Of a stretch of DNA of 45,683 nucleotides, positions 35,248 to 43,858 are shown piece by piece (the stretch's first letter is position 1; each line of letters starts with the position of its first letter). The notes under the pieces are model-generated. The model saw only the letters and a list, made by a program, of their open reading frames with translations. It searched no databases and was not told the DNA's origin. Source of the DNA: Gemmatimonadales bacterium (GTDB taxonomy: Bacteria > Gemmatimonadota > Gemmatimonadetes > Gemmatimonadales > GWC2-71-9); assembly GCA_041613315.1 (NCBI GenBank), contig JBFJHJ010000027.1:1-45683 (forward strand), written 5' to 3'. The position numbers and the translations under genes were made by a program.

Positions 35248-36906
35248 ATGCCCTACCTGCGACTGCGCAATCAGACGAGCGGCGAGCCGCACGAGTTCGA
35301 ACGTGGTGAGGTGCGGATGGGGCGTGAGCCCGGGCTGGAGCTGGTGGTGAGCGGCACCACCGGCGACGTGGTGTCGGGCACGCATGCCCGGCTCGTGCAC
35401 CGGGACGGCACGTGGTGGCTCGAAGACCTGGGGAGCCGCAACGGCACCTATCTCGACGAGCGCCGCGTCACGCCGGCCGCGCCGCGCCGCGTTGCCCCGG
35501 GCGCGGTCATCGGCCTGGGCCGCCGCGGGCCGCGGTTCGTCGTGGACGCCGTGTTGCCCCGCACGATCGAGGACACGACTCCTGAGGACCTGCCCAGCCC
35601 GGCGGCGCGCGACACGGCCGATTCCGTGGCGGGCGCCGCCGCCGGACGGACCCCTGAGTTCCGCGCCACGGTGGCCGGGCCCCGGGATGTCCCACCCGCG
35701 CCGGTCGCCGATGTCCGCCGCCGGAGCTTCGGCGGCAAGGGCAAGACGGTCTTCTTTCAAGAGATGTTCGCGGAGACGCACCGCCGGACGGCGCGGCGTG
35801 TCCGGTGGATCGTCTGGTCGTTCGTGGTCCTCCTCGCGGGCGCCACGGGAACCCTGTACTGGTTCGGCGAGCGCCGGGTCCAGGAGGCTATCGCCCGCCA
35901 GGATCAAGCGACCGATTCGATCCGCCGTGCCTCGCGCATCGAGTACGAGCGGCTTCGGGCCGAACTCGAGCGTGCGCGGTCCGGCTCCGCCCCGGCGGTG
36001 GTGGTGGAGAGCCTCCGCACCGCGTTGGAGGAGGCCGGACGGCGCACGACGGCCCTCGAGTCGGCGCTCGGTCGGGCGCAAGCGTCGCTCGAGGAGCAGC
36101 TGGCCGCGGGCGACGAGTTGCGCCGGCAGGCGGAGGCCGAGCTGGCACGGTTGCGCACCGATCTGGCGCGCGCTGCCGAGCGGCAACCCAGCGGCGCGGT
36201 GTTGGACAGCCTGCGCGCCGCGGTCGCCGCGGCGGAAGCACGGGCGGGCGCGCTCGAGAGTCAGCTCCGGGCCGTCAAGGGGGTGGACTTGGCAGCGGTG
36301 GCACAGGCCAACCAGGCGGCGGTGGGGCTCGTCGCGGCGTACGTGGGTCCCGATGTCTTCGACGCCTCCGGGTTCGCGATTACGCCGAGCGGGTACTTCG
36401 TGAGCAATCGCCACGTGCTCGTGCGCGACGGCCGGCGGCCGGACTCGGTGTTCGTTACGATGGCGGACCAGCAGGTGATGCGCCGTGCCGATATCGCCGC
36501 CGTGGCGGCGGCGGGCGGTCCCGATCTGGCGATTCTCAAGATCCGAAGCCACAGCGGCGTGTACGTGCACCGCGTCGACTGGTCGGGCACGCGAGTGCGA
36601 CAGGGAGAGCCGGCGGCACTCATCGGCTTCCCCGCCGGGTTCGCGGCGGCTCTCGACCAGAGCCGCACCGTGCGCACCTCGATGAGCGCCGGGATCTTCA
36701 GCAAAGTGACCCCCGAGACGATCCAGTTCGACGGCTTCACGGTGAGCGGATCGAGCGGGAGCCCCATCTTCAATGCGGACGGCGAGGTCGTGGCGATCCA
36801 CCGGGCGGGGTTGCGGGACGCGGTGGGGATGGGCTTCGCCGAGCCGGCGTCCCAGCTCGTGCCGCTTCTGCCGCCGGCCGCGCGCGCCGAGCTGAACCTT
36901 CGCTGA
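35248..36906 (+). CDS. FHA domain - TM - coiled coil - trypsin-like serine protease
   Basis: FHA motifs MGRE, VSGTHA and LEDLGSRNGT; TM WIVWSFVVLLAGATGTLYWF; heptad-rich Ala/Glu/Arg segment; protease triad SNRHV, PDLAIL and GSSGSP. Confidence 0.9.
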   Translation: MPYLRLRNQTSGEPHEFERGEVRMGREPGLELVVSGTTGDVVSGTHARLVHRDGTWWLEDLGSRNGTYLDERRVTPAAPRRVAPGAVIGLGRRGPRFVVDAVLPRTIEDTTPEDLPSPAARDTADSVAGAAAGRTPEFRATVAGPRDVPPAPVADVRRRSFGGKGKTVFFQEMFAETHRRTARRVRWIVWSFVVLLAGATGTLYWFGERRVQEAIARQDQATDSIRRASRIEYERLRAELERARSGSAPAVVVESLRTALEEAGRRTTALESALGRAQASLEEQLAAGDELRRQAEAELARLRTDLARAAERQPSGAVLDSLRAAVAAAEARAGALESQLRAVKGVDLAAVAQANQAAVGLVAAYVGPDVFDASGFAITPSGYFVSNRHVLVRDGRRPDSVFVTMADQQVMRRADIAAVAAAGGPDLAILKIRSHSGVYVHRVDWSGTRVRQGEPAALIGFPAGFAAALDQSRTVRTSMSAGIFSKVTPETIQFDGFTVSGSSGSPIFNADGEVVAIHRAGLRDAVGMGFAEPASQLVPLLPPAARAELNLR

Positions 36907-36913
36907 CGCGGCG

Positions 36914-39559
36914 GTGGCGAGCGTCGCGGTGACGTCCCCGATCACGGTCGTGATCGTGCCCCACACCCACTGGGACCGGGAGTGGTACGAGCCGGAGGCG
37001 CGCTTTCGCCAGCGCCTGGTGGCGGCGTTGGACGACGCGCTCGATCGCCTCGCGTCCGGGGAGCTGGGCATGTTCCTGCTCGACGGACAGACGGTGCTCC
37101 TGCGGGATTACCTGAGCGTCCGGCCCGAGCGGGCGGCCGACGTGCGGCGACTGGTCCGAGCCGGGCGGCTGCTCGTCGGACCATGGTACGTGCTGGCCGA
37201 CGAGCTGCTGCCGGCGGACGAGACGCTGGTGCGCAACCTCCTCGTGGGCCGCGCGGACGGACGCCGCCACGGGGGCTGGCTGGCGGTCGGATACTCACCT
37301 GACGCCTTCGGCCATCCGGCCGCCCTCCCCACGATTCTGCGTGGCTTCGGCATCGCGCACGCGATCGTGTGGCGCGGCTGCACCGGCGAGCAGGGCGCCG
37401 ATCTCTTCCGCTGGCGGTCCCCGGACGGCTCGTCGGTCCTCCTGCACCACCTCCCGCCGCCCGGCTACGAGCTGGGCGCGAACCTGCCGCGGGAACGCGC
37501 GGCGCTGCAGCGGCGCTGGAGCGAGATCCGCGGTGTGCTGGAGCCCCGGGCCGCGCACGGGGTGCTGCTGCTCCTGAACGGGGCCGATCATCACGCACCG
37601 CAGCAGCACTTGCCCGAGATCGTCCGGCGCCTGGGTGGACTTGCGCCGCGACACCGCTTCCGCGTCGGCTCGCCCGCGGACTACTTCGCCGCGCTCCCCC
37701 GCGCACCCGCCATTCCGATCGTGGATGGCGAGCTGCGCCGCGCCGACGGTCACGCGTGGGCGCTTCAGGGGACGCTTGCCACCCGCACCGGACTCAAGCA
37801 GAGGATCGCCGAAGCGGAGCGCCTGTTGCTGCGGTGGGCGGAGCCGCAAGCCGCGTTGGCGTGGGTCGCCGGGGGCGCTGATCGGCGGGCGCTGCTCGAC
37901 GCGGCCTGGCGCGCACACCTCGAGAACTGTTTCCACGACACGATCTGCGGCACCACGAGCGATGAGGTCGCGTGGACCGCCGGTCTCCGCACGCGGTCGG
38001 TGGCCGTGCAGGCCCGCGGCGTACTGGACGACGCGCTCCACGAGCGGTTGGGCCAGGATCGCGGCCGCGCGCGGCACGCGCGGTCCCGCTGGTCTCCCAC
38101 GCTCGTTGTGGTCAACCCTTCGCCGTTCGCGCGGGGTGGCGTGCTGGAGGCGACGGTCACCTTTCCCCGTCGGCAGGTGGTCGTTGGGCGGGCCCCCACG
38201 GCGGCCGCGCGGCGGTCCGCGCCACCGCCCGGTGCCGTCGCGCTCGTGGATGGCCGCGGCGCGTCGCTTCCGCTGCAGGTGCTGGATCGACAGGCGGCGT
38301 GGGAGCGGTTGGACAGTCCGCGGGACTATCCCGCGCAGGATGAGGTGTGGGCGTACCGGGTGGCGCTGTACGCGCGCGACGTCCCGGCGCTGGGGACGCG
38401 CGCGTACCGCGCGCGCGACCGTGGTGGTGCCGCACGCCTCGCCGAGCGCGTGGGCGCGCGTGGCCGATCCATCACGGCGCCCTGGTGTCGAGTGACCGGA
38501 GGGGACCGCACCGGGTTCTCGCTGCACGAGCGGGAAACGAAACGACGCTGGCACGCGCTGGGCCACCTCGTGAGCGAGCACGATCTCGGGGACACCTACA
38601 CGTTCCAGCCCGCGCGCGGCGGTCGGCCGCGCCGGGCGGTGTGGGGACGCGCCCGAACCGTGTGGCGTGGTCCGCTGGTGGCGGCCCTGGCCCGCGAGTT
38701 CCGTATCGGCGACGCCGTGCGCGGCACCGTGTACGCGCGACTCGACGCGGGTTCCCGCCTCGTCCGGGTTGTGGTGGAGGGCGAGAATCGCGCGGGGCAG
38801 CACCGGCTGCGGCTGGCGCTTCCGCTCGGGGACGCCGGCCGGCGCGGGCGTACGCTCGCCGACATGGCGTATGGTTCGGTCACGCGGCAGCGCGAGGCGC
38901 TGGATGTCCCGCGGTTCTCGCGCGAGTGGCCCGTGGCCACCGCGCCAATGCACCGCTGGGTCAGCGTGCCGGACGGGCTCACCCTGTTCGCGCGCGGACT
39001 CTACGAGTACGAGCTCGCCGCGGACGGGACGCTCTGGATCACCTTGCTGCGCTCCGTTGCGGAGCTTTCCAGGGGCGACCTCGCCGCACGGCCGGGACAC
39101 GCCGGATGGCCCGTGGCGACACCGAACGCGTTGGAGTTCGGGAGGTTCCGTACGGAGCTCGCGTTCGCCACGGAAACCGTCGCCGACGACCGGGGGCCCG
39201 CCGCCTGGGATCGGGTGGAGCGGCTGGCCGAAGAGTTTCACGCCCCCTTGGGCGGCCGGATGTTCCGGTATGGCCTCGCGTGTCCGGAGCGGCTTCGGGG
39301 CCCCGAGCTGTCCGGGGCTGGACTCGCGCTCAAGGCCGTCAAGCCGTCGGCAGATGGTCGGGCGCTGGTGTTGCGGTGCGTGAACGTGACGGCCACGTCC
39401 GTCGTAGGCGCGTGGCACCTGCCGTTCCGTGCACGGCGCGCCGAGCGGGCGCGGCTGGACGAGCGCGCGACCGGCCGGCTCCCTGTCCGTTCGGGCGGCC
39501 GTGTGGTGCGATTCGACGCCGGTCCACGAGAGGTGGTGACCGTGCGGGTGGAGCCCTGA
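36914..39559 (+). CDS. Glycoside hydrolase family 38 (alpha-mannosidase / mannosylglycerate hydrolase-like)
   Basis: HTHWDREW, LDGQT, VGPWYVLADE, PDAFGH (nucleophile), NGADH, FHDTICGT and ITLLRSV motifs; no signal peptide. Confidence 0.9.
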   Translation: MASVAVTSPITVVIVPHTHWDREWYEPEARFRQRLVAALDDALDRLASGELGMFLLDGQTVLLRDYLSVRPERAADVRRLVRAGRLLVGPWYVLADELLPADETLVRNLLVGRADGRRHGGWLAVGYSPDAFGHPAALPTILRGFGIAHAIVWRGCTGEQGADLFRWRSPDGSSVLLHHLPPPGYELGANLPRERAALQRRWSEIRGVLEPRAAHGVLLLLNGADHHAPQQHLPEIVRRLGGLAPRHRFRVGSPADYFAALPRAPAIPIVDGELRRADGHAWALQGTLATRTGLKQRIAEAERLLLRWAEPQAALAWVAGGADRRALLDAAWRAHLENCFHDTICGTTSDEVAWTAGLRTRSVAVQARGVLDDALHERLGQDRGRARHARSRWSPTLVVVNPSPFARGGVLEATVTFPRRQVVVGRAPTAAARRSAPPPGAVALVDGRGASLPLQVLDRQAAWERLDSPRDYPAQDEVWAYRVALYARDVPALGTRAYRARDRGGAARLAERVGARGRSITAPWCRVTGGDRTGFSLHERETKRRWHALGHLVSEHDLGDTYTFQPARGGRPRRAVWGRARTVWRGPLVAALAREFRIGDAVRGTVYARLDAGSRLVRVVVEGENRAGQHRLRLALPLGDAGRRGRTLADMAYGSVTRQREALDVPRFSREWPVATAPMHRWVSVPDGLTLFARGLYEYELAADGTLWITLLRSVAELSRGDLAARPGHAGWPVATPNALEFGRFRTELAFATETVADDRGPAAWDRVERLAEEFHAPLGGRMFRYGLACPERLRGPELSGAGLALKAVKPSADGRALVLRCVNVTATSVVGAWHLPFRARRAERARLDERATGRLPVRSGGRVVRFDAGPREVVTVRVEP

Positions 39560-39720
39560 GCAGAGGACGGCGGCTTCCGCGCCCCTGACGGAGCGGCCGC
39601 CGCGCCGCCACATTGGTATGGGTAGCCGACGGCCGCGTGAAAAGGCTCCCGCTCGGTTGGGGGCCGCTGATGGTGTATCGCGGCGGCGACGCCGCCACGG
39701 CCTTGTCCTGAGGTGATCCG

Positions 39721-41784
39721 ATGCGCGTACTCCGAAGCCCCTACCGTCCCGTCGTCCACGCCCTGCTGCTGCTCTGCGCCGCGGGAGCGGCTGGGGCGCA
39801 GCAGCGTGCCATGACCGTGGTCGACCTCATCAACGTCCCCTCGGTCTCCGATCCGCAGATCTCGTCAGATGGTGCGTTCGTCGTGTACACCCGCAGCGCC
39901 GCCGATTGGAAGGCGAACAAGACCGTCGCGCACCTCTGGCGTGTGAAGACGGACGGAACGGAGTCGCTGCAGCTCACGAACGGCGACGACGGCGAGCGGG
40001 GCGCGCGCTGGTCCCCGGACGGCGCGACCGTCGCGTTCCTGGCCAAGCGAGGCGGCGCCGAGCACACGCAGGTCTATCTGATCCGCAGCGCCGGAGGCGA
40101 GGCGCAGGTGCTCACGACACACGCGACCGACGTGTCGGATCTCGCATGGTCACCCGACGGGCGGTGGATCTACTTCGTCGCCGCCGACGAGAAGAGCGAC
40201 ACGGAGAAGGCCCGCGAGGAGGTGAAGGACAACGTGTACGCGTTCGACGAGAGCTACCAGCATCGGCATCTCTGGCGCGTGCCGGTGGCGGGGGGCGACG
40301 AGGAACGGATCACGACCGGCGAGTTCACGGTCCGCGGCTACGAGGTGTCGCGGGACGGCGCGCTGATCGTGCATCATCGCGCGCCCTCGCCGCGGCTCGA
40401 CGACGGTCAGTTGAGCGAAGTCTGGATCATGGGCGCGACGGGGGACGGCGCGCGCCGGCTGACGGAGAACGGCATCGGCGAGTCCGGCGCGGAGCTCTCA
40501 CCGGACAATGCGCGGGTCCTGTTCGTTGCCAACGCGAACGCCGAATTCGAGTTCTACTACAACGACAAGCTGTTCCTCGTCCCGGCGGCGGGCGGCAGGC
40601 CGGAAGTGCTGCTGCCGGAGTTTCCGCATGAGATTCAGCGCGCCACCTGGGCCGCTGACGGCCGCGCGATCTTCGTGCTGGCCAACACGGGAGTCCGCCA
40701 GCAGCTCTTCCGGTTCGACGTGCCAGGGGGGCGCGTCACCCAGCTCACCGACGGGGATCACACCGTGCGGTCGTGGACGTACGCGCCCCGCGCCGGCCGG
40801 CACGTCTTCACGGTGAGCAGTCCCACGAACGCCGGCGATATCTGGATGCTCTCCGACCGTGGACGGGGGCAGCCGGCGCGCGTCACGAAGATCTTCGACT
40901 ATCTGGCCCGCGACTTTCGCTTGCCCCGGGTCGAAGCCGTCCAGTGGGCCGGGGAGGACGGCGTGAGCGTCGAGGGGCTCCTCTTCTATCCGCTGGACTA
41001 CCGTCCGGGGGAGCGGTATCCCCTCGTCGTGCAGACCCACGGGGGTCCGGCCGCGTCCGACAAGTACTCGTGGGAGGGGTCGGGCGACTATCCACAGGTG
41101 TTGACCGCGATGGGCTACATGGTGCTCAAGCCGAACTACCGCGGCAGCACCGGATACGGTGACGAGTTCCTGCGGGACATGGTGGGCGGCTATTTCGACC
41201 AAGCCCACAAGGACGTCATGGCCGGCGTGGACCACCTCATCGGGCGGGGCATGGTCGACGGCGAGCGGATGGCCAAGATGGGATGGAGCGCGGGTGGCCA
41301 CATGACGAACAAGATCATCACCTACCCGGATCGGTTCAAAGCGGCCGCGTCGGGCGCGGGCGCCGCCAACTGGATCTCGATGTACGCCCAGAGCGACACG
41401 CGCGTCTACCGCACGCCCTGGTTCGGCGGCACCCCGTGGCAGCGGGACGCCCCGCTCGATCAGTATTGGGCGGACTCACCGCTCCGCGACGCCTGGAAAG
41501 TCACCACGCCCACGATCTTCCTCGTGGGTGAGGATGACCGGCGCGTGCCGATGCCGCAGTCGGTCGAGATGTATCGGGCGCTCACGGCGAACGGCGTGCC
41601 GACGCACCTCTACGTGGCGCCGAGACAGGGGCACGGGTGGCGCGAGCTGCAGCAGCGGCTGTTCAAGGCGAACGTCGAGATCGCCTGGTTCGAGCAGTGG
41701 GTGCGCGGGCGGGACTACGTGTGGGAGCGCTCGCCGGTGCATCCGCCCGAGGGAGGGCAGCGCGCGGCGACGGGCGCTCGTTAG
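39721..41784 (+). CDS. Secreted S9 family peptidase
   Basis: Signal peptide; WSPDG propeller repeats; HGGP; PNYRGSTGYG; nucleophile GWSAGG; EDDRRV; QGHGW. Confidence 0.93.
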   Translation: MRVLRSPYRPVVHALLLLCAAGAAGAQQRAMTVVDLINVPSVSDPQISSDGAFVVYTRSAADWKANKTVAHLWRVKTDGTESLQLTNGDDGERGARWSPDGATVAFLAKRGGAEHTQVYLIRSAGGEAQVLTTHATDVSDLAWSPDGRWIYFVAADEKSDTEKAREEVKDNVYAFDESYQHRHLWRVPVAGGDEERITTGEFTVRGYEVSRDGALIVHHRAPSPRLDDGQLSEVWIMGATGDGARRLTENGIGESGAELSPDNARVLFVANANAEFEFYYNDKLFLVPAAGGRPEVLLPEFPHEIQRATWAADGRAIFVLANTGVRQQLFRFDVPGGRVTQLTDGDHTVRSWTYAPRAGRHVFTVSSPTNAGDIWMLSDRGRGQPARVTKIFDYLARDFRLPRVEAVQWAGEDGVSVEGLLFYPLDYRPGERYPLVVQTHGGPAASDKYSWEGSGDYPQVLTAMGYMVLKPNYRGSTGYGDEFLRDMVGGYFDQAHKDVMAGVDHLIGRGMVDGERMAKMGWSAGGHMTNKIITYPDRFKAAASGAGAANWISMYAQSDTRVYRTPWFGGTPWQRDAPLDQYWADSPLRDAWKVTTPTIFLVGEDDRRVPMPQSVEMYRALTANGVPTHLYVAPRQGHGWRELQQRLFKANVEIAWFEQWVRGRDYVWERSPVHPPEGGQRAATGAR

Positions 41785-41829
41785 GCGGTCAGGGGTGGGC
41801 GCCTGGAGTGGCGATGCCCTCGGCTCCCG

Positions 41830-42537
41830 TTAGTGATCGCGGCGGTTGAGGAACCGCTCCAGCCGACCCTCCGCCGACGCGGCGTGCGGCCCGACATAGT
41901 CCCGCCGCACGTCGTGCAGCGCGTCCCAGAGCACGTCGGCCTGCTCAGCGGCGTCGAGGAAGACGGCCGACACGCCGGGGGCGCGCCCGCACATCGCTCG
42001 GGCCGCGAGCGCGAGGGCGTGGGACGCGAAAGTGATGTAGGCCCGCACCATCGAGGCTCCGCCGCGGCGCGCCACGGCCTCAGGAAAACAGCCCGCCCAC
42101 CAGAGCGCGAGCGCACCGATATCCGCCGCGCGTTCGGCCTGCGCCACAGTGCCGCTAGGCAACGCGCTGATCGCGCGCCACCAGTCGGCCAGCCCGCACC
42201 GGCCGCGCGCGAGCCGCGCCGACTCCCGCGCCGGCGCGAACGCCACCGGCAGCGTGGCCGTGTAGTCGGCAAGCGCGATGTCCTGAAGCCCTCGCTGTCT
42301 CAGGGCCGCGCGGACCGGGACGTACCACAGGAGGGTGAGCGGGAGCGGAGCGGGCGCCCCGCCCTTGCCGCGCACGGCCTCCAGTGCGGCGCGCGAATCG
42401 AGCAGGCCATCCACATCGCCGGCCTCCAACGCCGCCGCAGCCGGGCGCGCCTCGTCCGGGTCCGACCGGCCGATCTCCGCCACCAGCCGGGCGAGATCGT
42501 CGCGGCGCAGCAGTCGGTGGATCATCGGTGCGATCAT
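41830..42537 (-). CDS. Hypothetical helical protein (about 235 aa)
   Basis: AAGGAG RBS before ATG 42537; protein-like composition; upstream sigma54-type promoter. Confidence 0.75.
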   Translation of the reverse strand: MIAPMIHRLLRRDDLARLVAEIGRSDPDEARPAAAALEAGDVDGLLDSRAALEAVRGKGGAPAPLPLTLLWYVPVRAALRQRGLQDIALADYTATLPVAFAPARESARLARGRCGLADWWRAISALPSGTVAQAERAADIGALALWWAGCFPEAVARRGGASMVRAYITFASHALALAARAMCGRAPGVSAVFLDAAEQADVLWDALHDVRRDYVGPHAASAEGRLERFLNRRDH

Positions 42538-42659
42538 CGCCACTCCTTGCGTGCTCCCGTTCACGAGTGGTGCGTCCCGCTACGAGCTTGAACCCGGGCC
42601 CGCGCCGGGGCTGTGGGAGTCGTCACACGGTGACACACCCCACCCTGCCCGCGAGAGGA

Positions 42660-42690
42660 GCAAAGTCGGTGCCGAATGTCCAACCTGTTG
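42660..42690 (-). promoter_or_regulatory. sigma54 (-24/-12) promoter with an adjacent IHF-like site
   Basis: The minus strand reads CGGCAC-CGACT-TTGC (42674-42660), with exact GG-N10-GC spacing. CAACAGGTTG (42690-42681) matches the IHF core CAA-N4-TTR. Confidence 0.65.
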
Positions 42691-42833
42691 TGGGACAATA
42701 CGTTGCGTTCCCTGCCGTCGGATCGTCCCTGGCATCGTGCGCGGCGACTGGCAGAACGCGGACGCCGGATCGCGTGCGCCGGCCGGCGGCGTAGACGGCG
42801 CCGCTCGCACGGGAGATCGGAGCGGTGACGACG

Positions 42834-43808
42834 ATGATGCGCGCCGTCCGAATCACGGCCGCCGGGGATCCCGATGTGTTGTGCCTCGCGGAGGCGCCGC
42901 GCCCGGTCCCGGGTCGTGGCGAGCTCCTGGTGCGGGTGCGCGCGGCCGGCGTCAATCGGGCCGACCTGCTCCAGCGGCGCGGGCAGTATCCTGCGCCCGC
43001 GGGCGTGCCGCCGGACATTCCGGGGCTCGAATTCGCCGGCGACGTGGTCGAGGTGGGCAGCGCCGTTGAGCGATGGGCGCCGGAGGAGCGGGTCATGGGC
43101 CTCGTGGGGGGTGGGGCGTATGCCGAATTCCTCACCGTCGACGCGCGGCACGCGATGGCGGTGCCGGCCCCGTGGTCCTTCGACGCCGCGGCGGCGGTGC
43201 CCGAAGCGTTCATCACCGCGCATGACGCCCTGCGTCAGGCTCGCCTGCAGCGGGGCGAGCGGGTGCTGGTGCACGCCGTGGGGAGCGGTGTGGGAGTGGC
43301 GCTCCTCCAGCTCGCCAAAGCCGAAGGGTCCGTGGTGGCCGGCACCTCCCGGACGCCGGCGAAGCTCGAGCGCGCGGCGGCGCTGGGCCTCGACCGGCCC
43401 GTGCTGGTGCGCGGCGCGTTCGTACCCGACGCCGACCTGACCGACTGGGCCGACGTGATTGCGGACTTGGTGGGTGGGCCGTACCTGGCGGGGAATCTCC
43501 GGGCCGTGGCGCGCCGCGGCCGGATCGTCGTCATCGGCCTCACAGGGGGCCGGGAGGCGGAGGTGGATCTCCGATTGATCATGAGCAAGCGCGTGACGGT
43601 GATCGGTACGGTGCTGCGCGCGCGCAGTGCCGAGGAGAAAGGGGCGGTCGTGGCCGCGTTTGTCGCGAGCGCGATTCCCCATTTCGAGGCGGGAACGGTT
43701 CGGCCGCTCGTCGATCGGACTTTTCCGATGGCCGCCGCCGCCGAAGCGCACCGCTACATGGAAGAAAACCGCAACTTCGGTGCCGTCGTGCTGCGCTGGG
43801 ATCCGTGA
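42834..43808 (+). CDS. NAD(P)H-quinone oxidoreductase, PIG3-type MDR family
   Basis: AGVNRADLLQRRGQYP, PGLEFAG, GGAYAE, PEAFITA, VHAVGSGVG, GTVLRAR and AHRYME..NFG motifs. The start is GTG 42825 or ATG 42834/42837. Confidence 0.93.
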   Translation: MMRAVRITAAGDPDVLCLAEAPRPVPGRGELLVRVRAAGVNRADLLQRRGQYPAPAGVPPDIPGLEFAGDVVEVGSAVERWAPEERVMGLVGGGAYAEFLTVDARHAMAVPAPWSFDAAAAVPEAFITAHDALRQARLQRGERVLVHAVGSGVGVALLQLAKAEGSVVAGTSRTPAKLERAAALGLDRPVLVRGAFVPDADLTDWADVIADLVGGPYLAGNLRAVARRGRIVVIGLTGGREAEVDLRLIMSKRVTVIGTVLRARSAEEKGAVVAAFVASAIPHFEAGTVRPLVDRTFPMAAAAEAHRYMEENRNFGAVVLRWDP

Positions 43809-43858
43809 GGCGGCGGGAGTGTGGCGGAGCGCGGCCGCACGAGCGGCGGGGCGGTGCG

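Noticed and set aside
34987..39613. 694-aa and 772-aa minus-strand ORFs
   Set aside because: Antisense shadows of the FHA-protease and GH38 genes.
39560..39720. Possible riboswitch in the leader of the second S9 peptidase (contains GCTGATGG)
   Set aside because: Only a short fragment resembles the fluoride riboswitch; the rest of the consensus and a fitting downstream gene are absent.
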